Source: Planctomycetales bacterium
Lineage (GTDB): Bacteria > Planctomycetota > Phycisphaerae > Sedimentisphaerales > Anaerohalosphaeraceae
NCBI GenBank assembly: GCA_022615575.1
Contig: JAKEGM010000071.1
Coordinates: forward strand, 12,164 to 76,163
DNA length: 64,000 nt
Direction: 5' to 3'
Part shown: positions 28,080 through 37,395 of the stretch, one piece after another
Position numbering within the stretch: the first letter of the stretch is position 1
Layout of the letters: each line of letters opens with the position of its first letter
Notes under the pieces: generated by a model
What the model was told of the DNA's origin: nothing
Databases searched by the model: none
Seen by the model: only the letters and a program-made list of their open reading frames with translations
Position numbers and translations under genes: made by a program

Positions 28080-29696
28080 ATGGAAAAAAAGGTTTTGATA
28101 ATCGGCTTGGATGGAGGTACCTGGACGGTGCTTAATCCGGCAATAGAGCAGGGATACATGCCGTTTTTGAAATCCCTGGTCGAAAACGGAGCGTCGGGCA
28201 TTCTTGAATCGACGATTCCCGCGATTACCCCGGCGGCATGGGGAACCTTCCAAACCGGCTGCAACCCCGGAACGACGGGCGTATATGATTTTACCTGCTG
28301 GGACCAAACAACGAAAAAAACGTCTCTGGTCAATTCGACGAACCTTCCTCCTACGATCTGGCAAATCCTCTCGCAGAGCGGAAAGCGCGTTGTTTCCTTA
28401 AATGTTCCGATGACGTACCCGCCGCAGCCGATAAACGGCCATCTTATTTCCTGCATCCTGACGCCCTCGATGAAGTCCGGGTTTACGTATCCGCCCGAAT
28501 TCAAAGAGGAATTGCTGCGCCGGTTTCCGGAGTATCAAATCCTGAATTTAAAAACGATCCCCAAACAGTGTCCCAGCGAGTCCCGGATTAAAAAGTTCAT
28601 TGAGAATCTGGTGCGGATTATGACCGTCCATGCCGATGCGGCCTGTTATATCCTCCAAAATAAACCCTCGGATGTCATGATGGTGCATTTTCAGGAGACA
28701 GATGTGATCCAGCATCTCCTCTGGAAGTATCTTGACCCGGCGTGCCCGGATTCCGGCTTGTCAATCCAGCGCGCGGTTTTTTCGACATTTTTCAGCGCCT
28801 TAGACAAGCAAATCGAGCGGCTCGTTAAGACACTCAACGCGATGCACCGGGAATCGCTGACAGTGATTGTTTCTGATCATGGTTTTGAAGCCAACAATCG
28901 CTGCTTTAATTTGGGCAACTGGCTCATCGAGCAGGGGTATCTGGGGGTGAATCCGGAAATCTTGAACCACCCGGTCAAAAGGCAGATTCGGGCCAAAGCC
29001 GCCGGTCTTTTGCGGCTGATGCCTTTTCCGTATGCGCAGCGGCTTCGCGGCCGTCTGAATGCGAAAAATTACCTGATTGACTGGAACCGCTCGGCCGTTT
29101 ATTCGGAAGGAACCAGCGAGGGCTTCATCTTTTTGCTGGAACAGGGGCTTCCTCAGCGGTTTGACACCGCCGCGCGCATCCGCACGCAGCTGCAGGCCGT
29201 CACTGATCCATTGAATCATCAGCCCGTCATCAAAAGGATATATCTGAAAGAAGAACTGTACTCCGGCGGCAAAATGCACCTGCTGCCGGATATGATTATC
29301 GAACCAAACGAAGGATATTCGATTCTGGGGCGGTATCAGCACAAAAAAGGATTGTTCACGTCAGTGGCTTCCGGGGAAACGCCCCTCCCCTCCGGCAAGC
29401 ATCACAGAAACGGCGTCATCGTCGCTTTCGGAAAGGGCGTCAAGCGAAGCGCTTCGCTGCATGTGCAGTTAATCGAGATGCTCCCGACGATACTGTGTTA
29501 CATGGGGGTGCCTGTGCCGTCCTTTATAGAAGGGCAGGCGCACGTGGAATTATTTGAAAAGGATTTTCTTGAAAAAGAACAGGCCCCAAGCGGCGGCTCG
29601 GCGGCCGAATCGCCTAAACAGAATACATTTGCATATTCTTCCCGTGAACGGGAATTAATAGAGCGCCGACTTAAGGATTTGGGCTATTTGCAGTAA
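28080..29696 (+). CDS. Alkaline-phosphatase superfamily protein (type I phosphodiesterase/nucleotide pyrophosphatase family)
   Basis: VLIIGLDGGTWTVLNPAIEQGYMPFLKSLVENG...TIPAITPAAWGTFQTG...VIVSDHGF are metal-ligand motifs of the AlkP/NPP fold. Confidence 0.7.
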   Translation: MEKKVLIIGLDGGTWTVLNPAIEQGYMPFLKSLVENGASGILESTIPAITPAAWGTFQTGCNPGTTGVYDFTCWDQTTKKTSLVNSTNLPPTIWQILSQSGKRVVSLNVPMTYPPQPINGHLISCILTPSMKSGFTYPPEFKEELLRRFPEYQILNLKTIPKQCPSESRIKKFIENLVRIMTVHADAACYILQNKPSDVMMVHFQETDVIQHLLWKYLDPACPDSGLSIQRAVFSTFFSALDKQIERLVKTLNAMHRESLTVIVSDHGFEANNRCFNLGNWLIEQGYLGVNPEILNHPVKRQIRAKAAGLLRLMPFPYAQRLRGRLNAKNYLIDWNRSAVYSEGTSEGFIFLLEQGLPQRFDTAARIRTQLQAVTDPLNHQPVIKRIYLKEELYSGGKMHLLPDMIIEPNEGYSILGRYQHKKGLFTSVASGETPLPSGKHHRNGVIVAFGKGVKRSASLHVQLIEMLPTILCYMGVPVPSFIEGQAHVELFEKDFLEKEQAPSGGSAAESPKQNTFAYSSRERELIERRLKDLGYLQ

Positions 29697-29748
29697 AAAT
29701 CGGAAGGACAACCCCCTGGGGATGCGGCAATCTGAAGTAAATAAAAAA

Positions 29749-29777
29749 GCCCCCTGAAACAACCGGGGGCTTTTTTT
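29749..29777. terminator. Bidirectional rho-independent terminator
   Basis: aaaaaa-GCCCCC-tgaaacaacc-GGGGGC-ttttttt between the convergent genes ending at 29696 (+) and 29802 (-). Confidence 0.8.
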
Positions 29778-29801
29778 ACTCATCAAGTGAATTCATGCCG
29801 T

Positions 29802-30794
29802 TTAGTCGAGCGCATCTTTAAGAGAGTCGTTGACAAGAACGGAGTCATCCGACCCCCACGGAGCACAGGTGGTGCCCTGACTTGTGGCCTTCAGGCCGCG
29901 ACGGCGGCCGGCTTCGGTGGTAGTATCAGTCCAGTGGGTGTAGATGCAATCATATTTAACGCCGACATCCGCGCGGGTTTCGTAAGAATTATGTCCGTCG
30001 CCGTAAAGAACATTTTGGCCTTCTCGTCCGTGCGGTTGAGCGTTTTGGATCATAACCCACTCTTTTTCTACATTTTCATAAGTCCCCTCGGCGGGAACTG
30101 TCGTGCCGCCAATCGGCCGGGCATGGTCCATAAAGTTTGTCTTGTCGACAGTTCCGGAATTCGTCAATTTGTCTGAAAAATAGGGGTTCTGGTCGGCCAT
30201 CATCGCAAACGCCGCGGAACGCGACCCATCAGGGGCATACTTTCCCTTGCTTCCGCTGCTTGCCATATTGGTTTGGCCAGCCGCATAGGGCTGATGATAG
30301 GAATAGCTGACGCATTTCACCGGGCCTTCTGGTGATGTAGCAAAGTCAGATGCGCCAAAATCCCAAAGCTGTACAATATCCTTATTGTATGCGTTTTTGC
30401 CGGAAAACTCCTGTTGGTCGCTCGCAGGGCAAACAAATGACTTGGGGCTGACATCGGCCTCACGAACCAGCAGATACAAGCTGGCTCCCACGGTAATATT
30501 CCCCGCGACTGTCCAGTCCTTATCTGCGGTTGCCGATGTCCCCTGCCAGGCGGCTGTCTTGGTTCCCAATGTATGCAGGGCGCCTCTGCCCTGTACAGCA
30601 TACTGGTCATCATAGTCGTTGGCATAGACGGTTTGTGCGGTGCCCATACCCTTGAGGTTGGTCCCGCAGACGACGCGCTGGGCGATCTTCTTGACCTTGT
30701 TCAAGGCCGGCATCAGAATCGCCAGGAGCATTGCGATGATCGCGATAACCACCAGCAGCTCGATTAGTGTAAAACCTTTCTTTCTCATTTTCAA
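29802..30794 (-). CDS. Prepilin-type N-terminal cleavage/methylation domain protein, DUF1559-like (orphan pseudopilin-like)
   Basis: MKMRKKGFTLIELLVVIAIIAMLLAILMPAL (G|FTLIE). C-terminal PHGREGQNVLYGDGH resembles the H-X9-DG region of PVC DUF1559 proteins. Confidence 0.8.
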   Translation of the reverse strand: MKMRKKGFTLIELLVVIAIIAMLLAILMPALNKVKKIAQRVVCGTNLKGMGTAQTVYANDYDDQYAVQGRGALHTLGTKTAAWQGTSATADKDWTVAGNITVGASLYLLVREADVSPKSFVCPASDQQEFSGKNAYNKDIVQLWDFGASDFATSPEGPVKCVSYSYHQPYAAGQTNMASSGSKGKYAPDGSRSAAFAMMADQNPYFSDKLTNSGTVDKTNFMDHARPIGGTTVPAEGTYENVEKEWVMIQNAQPHGREGQNVLYGDGHNSYETRADVGVKYDCIYTHWTDTTTEAGRRRGLKATSQGTTCAPWGSDDSVLVNDSLKDALD

Positions 30795-31170
30795 ATCTCC
30801 TTTCGGGTAAGATTTACTCCACTTTTACCTTCCGGCCAAGCCGAAACATCAATAAGTGCCGTTTTTGCCCCAACGCAGGGCATTCGTGTCTGTAAAATCT
30901 TACCGGACAACAAACATGTTAGACCGGAGGCAATCGTGTTTAGAGTTCCTGCTTCAAGGGTGCACGCACACGGATGAACATGAAAAAGAAGATGAAAATC
31001 TGGAAGGACTCACACAAAGAAAAATGGCTTTAACTAAAATAATGGCAAAACTAAAATATATTAAATTTCTGCTTCGTGAATCCTGTCCGTATTTCTTCAC
31101 TCAATTTCACTATACACTTTATCGCCGTTTGTTAATGCTGTCAAGAAAAATTTAAAGAAAAATTCGACGC

Positions 31171-31199
31171 TTGAAAAATTTTGTGCATTTTATTATACA
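31171..31199 (+). promoter_or_regulatory. Possible promoter TTGAAA-17-TATACA for the UDP-sugar pyrophosphorylase gene
   Basis: TTGAAA 31171..31176, 17 nt, TATACA 31194..31199. ATG at 31250 is preceded by GAGG. Confidence 0.3.
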
Positions 31200-31249
31200 A
31201 GACAGCTCGTAATCGAACGCATCCGAAAGACGACGACAGAGGTTAAGAA

Positions 31250-32680
31250 ATGGCTCAGGACATCCATCGCGAAAAGATTCTCCAAAAACTTCATAACACA
31301 GGGCAAGAACAGGTCTTGCGATTTTTGGGAGAGCTGCCTCAGGATCAAAAAAATACGCTGCTGCTGCAGGTTTCCGGATTGAATTTGGATAAAATACAGG
31401 TTTGTGTCGAAAATTATGTCAAAAATGAGGTTTCTGTAACGATTTCGGAGCATTTTGAGCCGGCTCCATCGTATCCGGCCAGCCCCGGGACGCCCCAAAT
31501 GACCCAAAAGTATGCCCGCGCGCGGCAGTTTGGTGAGCGGCTGCTTCGGGAAGGAAGGGTGGGCGGATTCGTGGTGGCCGGCGGGCAGGGAACCCGCCTT
31601 GGCTACGACGGCCCGAAGGGCAACTATCCGATAAGTCCCATCCGAAACAAGACGCTTTTTGCGATATTTGCCGAAACCCTGCTTGCCGCATCCCAAAAAT
31701 ACGGAACCGCGATTCCGTTCTATATTATGACCAGTCCGCTGAACTACGGCGCCACCGTCGAAATTTTCGCCTCGGCGGACTACTATGGGCTTGGCCGGGA
31801 CAATGTCTTTATCTTCCAGCAGGGGACGCTGCCGAACTTCGGCTTTGACGGCAAAATCCTTCTGTCCGCCAAAGACCAGATTGCCTCCAGCCCCGACGGC
31901 CACGGCGGCAGCTTGAAGGCCCTGTATGCAGCCGGAGCCGTCGCCGATATGAAAAGACGCGGCGTGGAGTATCTGAGCTACTGGCAGGTGGACAACCCGC
32001 TGGTCAAGCTGATGGACCCGCTGTTTATCGGTCTGCACGCGATGGACGAAGCCGAGATGAGTTCCAAGGCCCTTCTCAAGGCCGGCCCGCTGGAAAAAGT
32101 GGGCAACTTCTGCCTGGCGAACGGCAAGGTGACGGTCATCGAATACAGCGACCTGCCGGATGAGCAGGCCCTTCGCAAAAACCCCGACGGCTCGCTGGTG
32201 TTTGAGCTGGGATCTATCGGGATTCACATCATTAACCGGTCGTTTATCGAAAAACTCAGCGCCGGCGGCGATTTTGCCCTGCCGTTTCACCGGGCGGTCA
32301 AGAAAATCCCGTATATCGACGAAACCGGCACGCTTGTCCAGCCGGACAAACCCAACGGCGTCAAGCTGGAGACCTTCGTGTTTGATGCCCTGCCGATGGC
32401 CGGCCGGTCGGTCATCCTGCAGACGCTGCGGGAGGAAGAATTTGCGCCGGTCAAGAATGCCGCCGGCACGGACAGCCCCGACGTTACCCGGCGGATGATG
32501 GTTGAGCGGGCGGCGGCGTGGCTGGAAGCGGCAGGCGTCAAAGTCCCCCGCACGCCGGACGGCGCGCCCGACTGCGTGCTGGAGATAGCGCCCGGCTTTG
32601 CCCTCGGCCCGGAGGATATAAAGACCAAACGCGACCGCATTCCGCCGATTGCGCCGGGCTGTCAAATCTGCCTGGAATAG
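31250..32680 (+). CDS. UDP-sugar (UDP-N-acetylhexosamine/UDP-glucose) pyrophosphorylase, UDPGP/UAP1 family
   Basis: GGFVVAGGQGTRLGYDGPKGNYPISP nucleotide-binding loop. ...SPDGHGGSLKAL...YWQVDNPL... as in eukaryote-type UAP1/UGP enzymes. Confidence 0.8.
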   Translation: MAQDIHREKILQKLHNTGQEQVLRFLGELPQDQKNTLLLQVSGLNLDKIQVCVENYVKNEVSVTISEHFEPAPSYPASPGTPQMTQKYARARQFGERLLREGRVGGFVVAGGQGTRLGYDGPKGNYPISPIRNKTLFAIFAETLLAASQKYGTAIPFYIMTSPLNYGATVEIFASADYYGLGRDNVFIFQQGTLPNFGFDGKILLSAKDQIASSPDGHGGSLKALYAAGAVADMKRRGVEYLSYWQVDNPLVKLMDPLFIGLHAMDEAEMSSKALLKAGPLEKVGNFCLANGKVTVIEYSDLPDEQALRKNPDGSLVFELGSIGIHIINRSFIEKLSAGGDFALPFHRAVKKIPYIDETGTLVQPDKPNGVKLETFVFDALPMAGRSVILQTLREEEFAPVKNAAGTDSPDVTRRMMVERAAAWLEAAGVKVPRTPDGAPDCVLEIAPGFALGPEDIKTKRDRIPPIAPGCQICLE

Positions 32681-32714
32681 CGCATCGTCCGGCTGGCTGG
32701 CCGACGGACAGCGA

Positions 32715-33701
32715 TTATTCGCCGGGGTACTTGAGCTTCCACTGGCGGCGGATGCGGTCCATTGTCTGCATAATTGCCAAACTTTCGCCCAACGGCATCA
32801 GGTCGCTTTCGGTCCGGCCTTTGCGGATGCACTCGGCGACATGGTCGGCCTCGTAATGAAGACCAAACCCCGGGTAGGCAAAATCGGCAACGACGGCTTT
32901 TTGGCCTTCAAGGGCCAGCGTCAGCCGATTGGGCCGGTAGAAACGGGCATCGACCGTTATCATTCCCTTTGTGCCGAAGAGGCGGGCCTGCGGCTTCATC
33001 GCAACCCGGCAGCTGCAGCTCAGGGCGGCAGTGGCCCCGTCGGCATACTCAAGCACCATCACGGCGTGGTCATCCACGCCGGTGCGGGTCTTATGGACGC
33101 TGGAGACGATTTGCTCCGGCTGGGCGCCGAAGACCATCGACGCAAACGAAACCGGATAAATCCCCAAATCCAGCAGGGCGCCTCCGCCGAGGGCCGGATT
33201 GTTGATGCGGTGCTTCGGGCCGGCGGCAAAAAATTCGCCGAAGTCGGCCTCCATCGCCAAAATCCGTCCGATGCGATTCCGGGCCAGCCATTGACGCAGC
33301 TGCAGCGTGGCGGGGAAACAGCGGCTCCACATCCCTTCCATCAGAAAGACGCCTTTTTTGCGGGCCGCATCAATCATCCGGCCAAGCTGCCGGGCGTTGA
33401 GGGCAATGGGCTTTTCGCAGAGGACATGCTTGCCGGCGTCAATGGCCGTCAGGGCGTTTTCCAGATGGTACGAGTGCGGCGTGGCGACATAGACGACATC
33501 CACCGCCGGGTCGGCGGCCAATGCCTCATAGCTTCCATGCGCGCAAGCGCCGCCGTGGTGAGCGGCGAACGTTTGGGCCTTGGCTTTCGACCGCGAACCG
33601 ACGGCGGCCAGGCGGCCCGTGCGGCTCTGCGCAAGGTCCTGCGCGAACTTGGCGGCGATGCCGCCGCATCCGATGATTCCCCAGTTGAGTTTCTTTTTCA
33701 C
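32715..33701 (-). CDS. Gfo/Idh/MocA family oxidoreductase
   Basis: MKKKLNWGIIGCGGIAAKFAQDL Rossmann start. ...VLCEKPIALN... catalytic EKP motif. Confidence 0.85.
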   Translation of the reverse strand: MKKKLNWGIIGCGGIAAKFAQDLAQSRTGRLAAVGSRSKAKAQTFAAHHGGACAHGSYEALAADPAVDVVYVATPHSYHLENALTAIDAGKHVLCEKPIALNARQLGRMIDAARKKGVFLMEGMWSRCFPATLQLRQWLARNRIGRILAMEADFGEFFAAGPKHRINNPALGGGALLDLGIYPVSFASMVFGAQPEQIVSSVHKTRTGVDDHAVMVLEYADGATAALSCSCRVAMKPQARLFGTKGMITVDARFYRPNRLTLALEGQKAVVADFAYPGFGLHYEADHVAECIRKGRTESDLMPLGESLAIMQTMDRIRRQWKLKYPGE

Positions 33702-33728
33702 AGCAATCCTTCCGTCACGAGTATTGTC

Positions 33729-35546
33729 TTACCTGCGGTCGGCCGTATGCCGCCAGTAGTTAAACACGAAAATAAGCCACAGCTTGCGGGCGTTGTCCCT
33801 GGATTTATGGATATGTTCAGCGAGCAGTCGGGCGGCATAGTCGTAATTCACAAGGCCGTGGCCGTAAAATTCCCTGTCGGTAATGAATTGCCGGATCAAA
33901 GGCGACTTCCTCAGCCATGCCGAAACAGGAACGGTAAATCCCCTCTTTTTGCGATGGACAATTTCGCCGGGCAGCAGTCCCGCCGCTATATCCTTCAGCA
34001 GCCGTTTGGTGCGAAGGTACCGTATTTTATACCGGTCCGGCAGCGACAGCACCAGAGGCACAAGACGATAATCCAGAAACGGCGTCCGCACCTCCAGCGA
34101 ATGCATCATGGAGGCCGTATCCACTTTTTTCAGAATGTCCTCCGGCAGATACCGCTGGAAATCATTCAGCTGCATACCCGTCAGGCCGCCGGACCCGAGA
34201 GGCCCCATGAAATCCTCTGCCGGGATAAAATTGTCCCCCAGCAGCGCCCGGCGGTCGCGGTCGGTAAAGGCGGCCATCCAGTCCAGATGCCGCCGCCCGG
34301 GGTCCGGATGATAATCTCCGGCGAATTTCTGCATCTTGAAGGCAAGATGCAGTTTCTTCTCCGAAGGGGGCAGCATGGCGGCCAGGGGCCGGCTCATCCG
34401 CACAAGGCCCGCGGGGATAAACCGCGCCAATTGATGCGCCAGGTAGGAATCGTAGCCGCCGAACACCTCGTCCCCGGCATCGCCCGACAGACAGACCGTT
34501 ACATGCCGGCGGGTCATTTGCGACAGCAGGGCCGTTGGCAGTACCGAAGCGTCCCCCAGCGGTTCGTCCATCTGGCGGATGACGCGCTCAATCAGCGGTT
34601 CGTCGATTTTGAGGTATTCCACATGATGCCGCGTATGAATATGTTCGGCCGCAATCCTGGAAAACGGGACCTCGTCGTACGAGTCATCCTCAAAGCCAAT
34701 CGAAAAGGTCTGGAAATCCCGCCGCTGGCGGGCGATCATCGCCGAGATGACCGAGGAATCCAGCCCGCCGGATAAAAAACTGCCCACCGGCACATCGGCG
34801 ATCAGCCGTTTCGTAACGGCATCGCTGACAAGACCTTCCACCTCGTCCAGCCGTTCCGTCAAATCCCGCCCGCGGTGTTGTTCCACCGCATCCGGCAGAG
34901 TGAAATAGATGCTTTTGTGAATCTGTTTTTTCGCAAGGTCAAAAACAAGGTTCTCAGACGGCCTCAGCTTGCTGCAGTTTTCAAAAATCGTCATATCGGC
35001 GCCAATGTATTTCTGATAGAAGAAATAATTGACGGCCGTGTTGTTCGTCCGCAAATTCCCGGCGATGGGCCGGAGGGCCTTCAGTTCCGAGGCGAAGATG
35101 AAACGCTGCCCGTCAAAATAGTAATACAGCGGCTTGACGCCGAACCGGTCGCGGGACAGAAACAGAGTTCTTTTGTTCGCGTCGTAGATACAGAACGCCC
35201 ACATGCCGTTAAAGCGATTGACGCAGTCGAGGCCCCACCGGTGATAGGACAGCAGAACAACTTCCGTATCCGTATCCGAATGAAAACGATAGCCCGCCGA
35301 TTCCAGTTCCGTCCGCAGCTGGCGATAATTATACACCTCGCCGTTATAGACAATCTGCAGGCCCTCAAACGCCATCGGCTGATGGCCGCGCGTCGAGGTG
35401 TCGATAATGGACAGCCGCCGATGCCCCAGGCAGACCCGTTCGTCGCAGTAAAATCCCTCGTCATCAGGACCGCGATGGCAAAGGATGCCTGTCATCTGTC
35501 TGATTTGCTCTGCGTTATTCCAGTTGAATCCGGCAATGCCGCACAT
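33729..35546 (-). CDS. asnB: Asparagine synthase (glutamine-hydrolysing) family amidotransferase
   Basis: MCGIAGF Ntn nucleophile (ORF 35552 trimmed to 35546). PP-loop FLSGGLDSSVISAM. Confidence 0.9.
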   Translation of the reverse strand: MCGIAGFNWNNAEQIRQMTGILCHRGPDDEGFYCDERVCLGHRRLSIIDTSTRGHQPMAFEGLQIVYNGEVYNYRQLRTELESAGYRFHSDTDTEVVLLSYHRWGLDCVNRFNGMWAFCIYDANKRTLFLSRDRFGVKPLYYYFDGQRFIFASELKALRPIAGNLRTNNTAVNYFFYQKYIGADMTIFENCSKLRPSENLVFDLAKKQIHKSIYFTLPDAVEQHRGRDLTERLDEVEGLVSDAVTKRLIADVPVGSFLSGGLDSSVISAMIARQRRDFQTFSIGFEDDSYDEVPFSRIAAEHIHTRHHVEYLKIDEPLIERVIRQMDEPLGDASVLPTALLSQMTRRHVTVCLSGDAGDEVFGGYDSYLAHQLARFIPAGLVRMSRPLAAMLPPSEKKLHLAFKMQKFAGDYHPDPGRRHLDWMAAFTDRDRRALLGDNFIPAEDFMGPLGSGGLTGMQLNDFQRYLPEDILKKVDTASMMHSLEVRTPFLDYRLVPLVLSLPDRYKIRYLRTKRLLKDIAAGLLPGEIVHRKKRGFTVPVSAWLRKSPLIRQFITDREFYGHGLVNYDYAARLLAEHIHKSRDNARKLWLIFVFNYWRHTADRR

Positions 35547-35553
35547 AAACAAG

Positions 35554-36684
35554 TTACCGCATCAGGTGTTCATAATGGTCAATATACTGCCGGGCCACCG
35601 CCGACCACGAAAATGTTTCGGCAATCGCCCGGCCCGCCTTGGACATCGCATCGTATTTATTCGGATCCGTCATGATGGCGCTGACGGCGGCGGCAAATTC
35701 CTGCGCGTCAGGATAAGCGACAAGAATGCCGTTGTCGCCGATAAGCTCTTCGGCGCCTTCGCAGGGGGTCGTTACGACGGGCAGGCCCGACGCAATCGCC
35801 TCGAGCATGGCATTGCTCATCCCTTCGTGCTGACTGGCCATCACAAAGATATCGTTGGCCCGATAGACCTCGGGCATCTGCTGCCGCCCGACCAGTCCCA
35901 TCAGGACAACCCTGTCGGAAAGGTTTAAGTCCACCGCTTTTTTCCGCAGTTCGGCCAGAAGATTGCCTTCTCCGACGATAGTGAGCCGGACATCCAGTCC
36001 CTTTTGGACGGCAACGCCAACGGCATCGATTAACCAGTCGATGCGCTTTCGGGCAATCAGCCGTCCCACGCTTAGAAGATTGATGGGTCCGCCGGTTTTT
36101 CTCTGCGGGGCCGGATGGTAGCAGCGGGTATCCACGCCGTTGGGTATTACGGCAATATCCAGATTCGGCATAAAACGCTTGGCCAGCTGGCAGAGTCCCC
36201 GGCTGTTGGCCGCAATCAGAGACGCGCCGGACCATATCCTCCGGAAAAGCCCCGCCAGAAGTGCATAGTCCAGCCCCAGCCGCACATTGTAGCCGGGCAC
36301 ATCGGAACCCCGAAGCGATAAAATATAGGGAAGCTGCCCGGCCGTTCGCCAGCAAAGCCAGCCGGTGGGGAACGCAAAAAAAGCGTGGCACAAATGATAG
36401 GCATTTTCGCTCAGCAGTTTCACATGCAGCCGCCGCGCCTTCCAGAGCCATTCGACAATTTCCGGCCGGGTCCAGTAATGCATATTTTTTTTGCGGATGC
36501 CGACCTTGAAAATCCGGATGTTGGGCGCAAACGCTTCGATGACAAGCCCCGTCCCCGGATGGCTGGTCAGGACGTCAACCTGCATGTCCGCGCGGCGCGA
36601 ATACTCGTCCAAAAGACACCGATGAGCGTGACCCGCTCCGCCGCCGATCGGCGGAAATTCATAATTAAGCATCAGGATTTTCAT
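35554..36684 (-). CDS. Glycosyltransferase family 4 (GT-B)
   Basis: ORF trimmed to MKILMLNYEFPPIGGGAGHA (ATG 36684, ATGA overlap with the upstream stop). C-terminal ...ASQHEGMSNAMLEAIASGLPVVTT... EX7E region. Confidence 0.85.
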   Translation of the reverse strand: MKILMLNYEFPPIGGGAGHAHRCLLDEYSRRADMQVDVLTSHPGTGLVIEAFAPNIRIFKVGIRKKNMHYWTRPEIVEWLWKARRLHVKLLSENAYHLCHAFFAFPTGWLCWRTAGQLPYILSLRGSDVPGYNVRLGLDYALLAGLFRRIWSGASLIAANSRGLCQLAKRFMPNLDIAVIPNGVDTRCYHPAPQRKTGGPINLLSVGRLIARKRIDWLIDAVGVAVQKGLDVRLTIVGEGNLLAELRKKAVDLNLSDRVVLMGLVGRQQMPEVYRANDIFVMASQHEGMSNAMLEAIASGLPVVTTPCEGAEELIGDNGILVAYPDAQEFAAAVSAIMTDPNKYDAMSKAGRAIAETFSWSAVARQYIDHYEHLMR

Positions 36685-37394
36685 GGATTTGTTTTTTTCT
36701 GTGCGACGACATACAGATTCGTCTGAAGGCACAGCGGCAGACACTGAAAGGGAAGAATCGAAACGATATTGGCCAGAAAGGAAAATCGCCCTAACTTTTC
36801 GGCAAAAAAGCGAGTGGCCGGATTCATTTTGAAGAACCGGGCGGAAAATCCATGCTGCCGGAGACATTTGCTCAGCTGCCGCGGCGTATGCAGAGAGGGA
36901 TGATAGATTTTCCAGCTTAAATTACGGCAGCGGAGCGTCTCAAAAACAGCATTCACATATTTATTCGGCGTTTGAAAGGCGTAATAGCCGCTTTCCCGGA
37001 GGACTCTTCGAATTTCCCTGAAGTGCTTGTCGATATTAAAAAGATGTTCAAGGACATCAAAACTTAAAATAACATCAAAGGATTCATTCTCATAGGGAAG
37101 TTCTTCCGCGGAATGAACTGCAAGGGGAATTCCGGCGAATTTCTTTTTGCCGTACGCAATGACGTTGGCGGCGATGTCGCTGCCGCTGGCCCGGTATCCT
37201 TTCAGCCGCAGATGATGCACAATCGTTCCGATGCCGCAGCCCAGTTCATGGATTTTGTCGTTTGGTTTGAGGATGTTCGCTTTTTCAAGAAAACGAAGAT
37301 TGACATCGAGGTTACCGAGTTGTTCCCTGCCGCGGGACAAGGCCCATTCCCAGCCGTCAACATTCATTTGTTCGATATTGTCCGGTTTTTGCAT
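36681..37394 (-). CDS. Class I SAM-dependent methyltransferase
   Basis: Motif I ELGCGIGTIVHHL, then ASGSDI and VILSFDVLEHL. Start trimmed to ATG 37394, 1 nt after the upstream stop (37396..37398). Confidence 0.8.
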   Translation of the reverse strand: MQKPDNIEQMNVDGWEWALSRGREQLGNLDVNLRFLEKANILKPNDKIHELGCGIGTIVHHLRLKGYRASGSDIAANVIAYGKKKFAGIPLAVHSAEELPYENESFDVILSFDVLEHLFNIDKHFREIRRVLRESGYYAFQTPNKYVNAVFETLRCRNLSWKIYHPSLHTPRQLSKCLRQHGFSARFFKMNPATRFFAEKLGRFSFLANIVSILPFQCLPLCLQTNLYVVAQKKTNP

Positions 37395-37395
37395 G

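Noticed and set aside
30856-31155. 99-aa ORF in the AT-rich divergent intergenic region
   Set aside because: It has no SD or promoter logic and odd composition, and it lies in a region better explained as divergent promoters. It is kept only as a remote small-protein possibility.
31193-32665. 490-aa minus-strand ORF
   Set aside because: It is antisense to the UDPGP-family gene, whose GGQGTRLG loop identifies the + frame as real.
32649-34775. 708-aa + strand ORF
   Set aside because: It is antisense to the Gfo/Idh/MocA and AsnB genes, which have the Rossmann GIIGCGGIA, MCGIAGF and SGGLDSS motifs on the minus strand.
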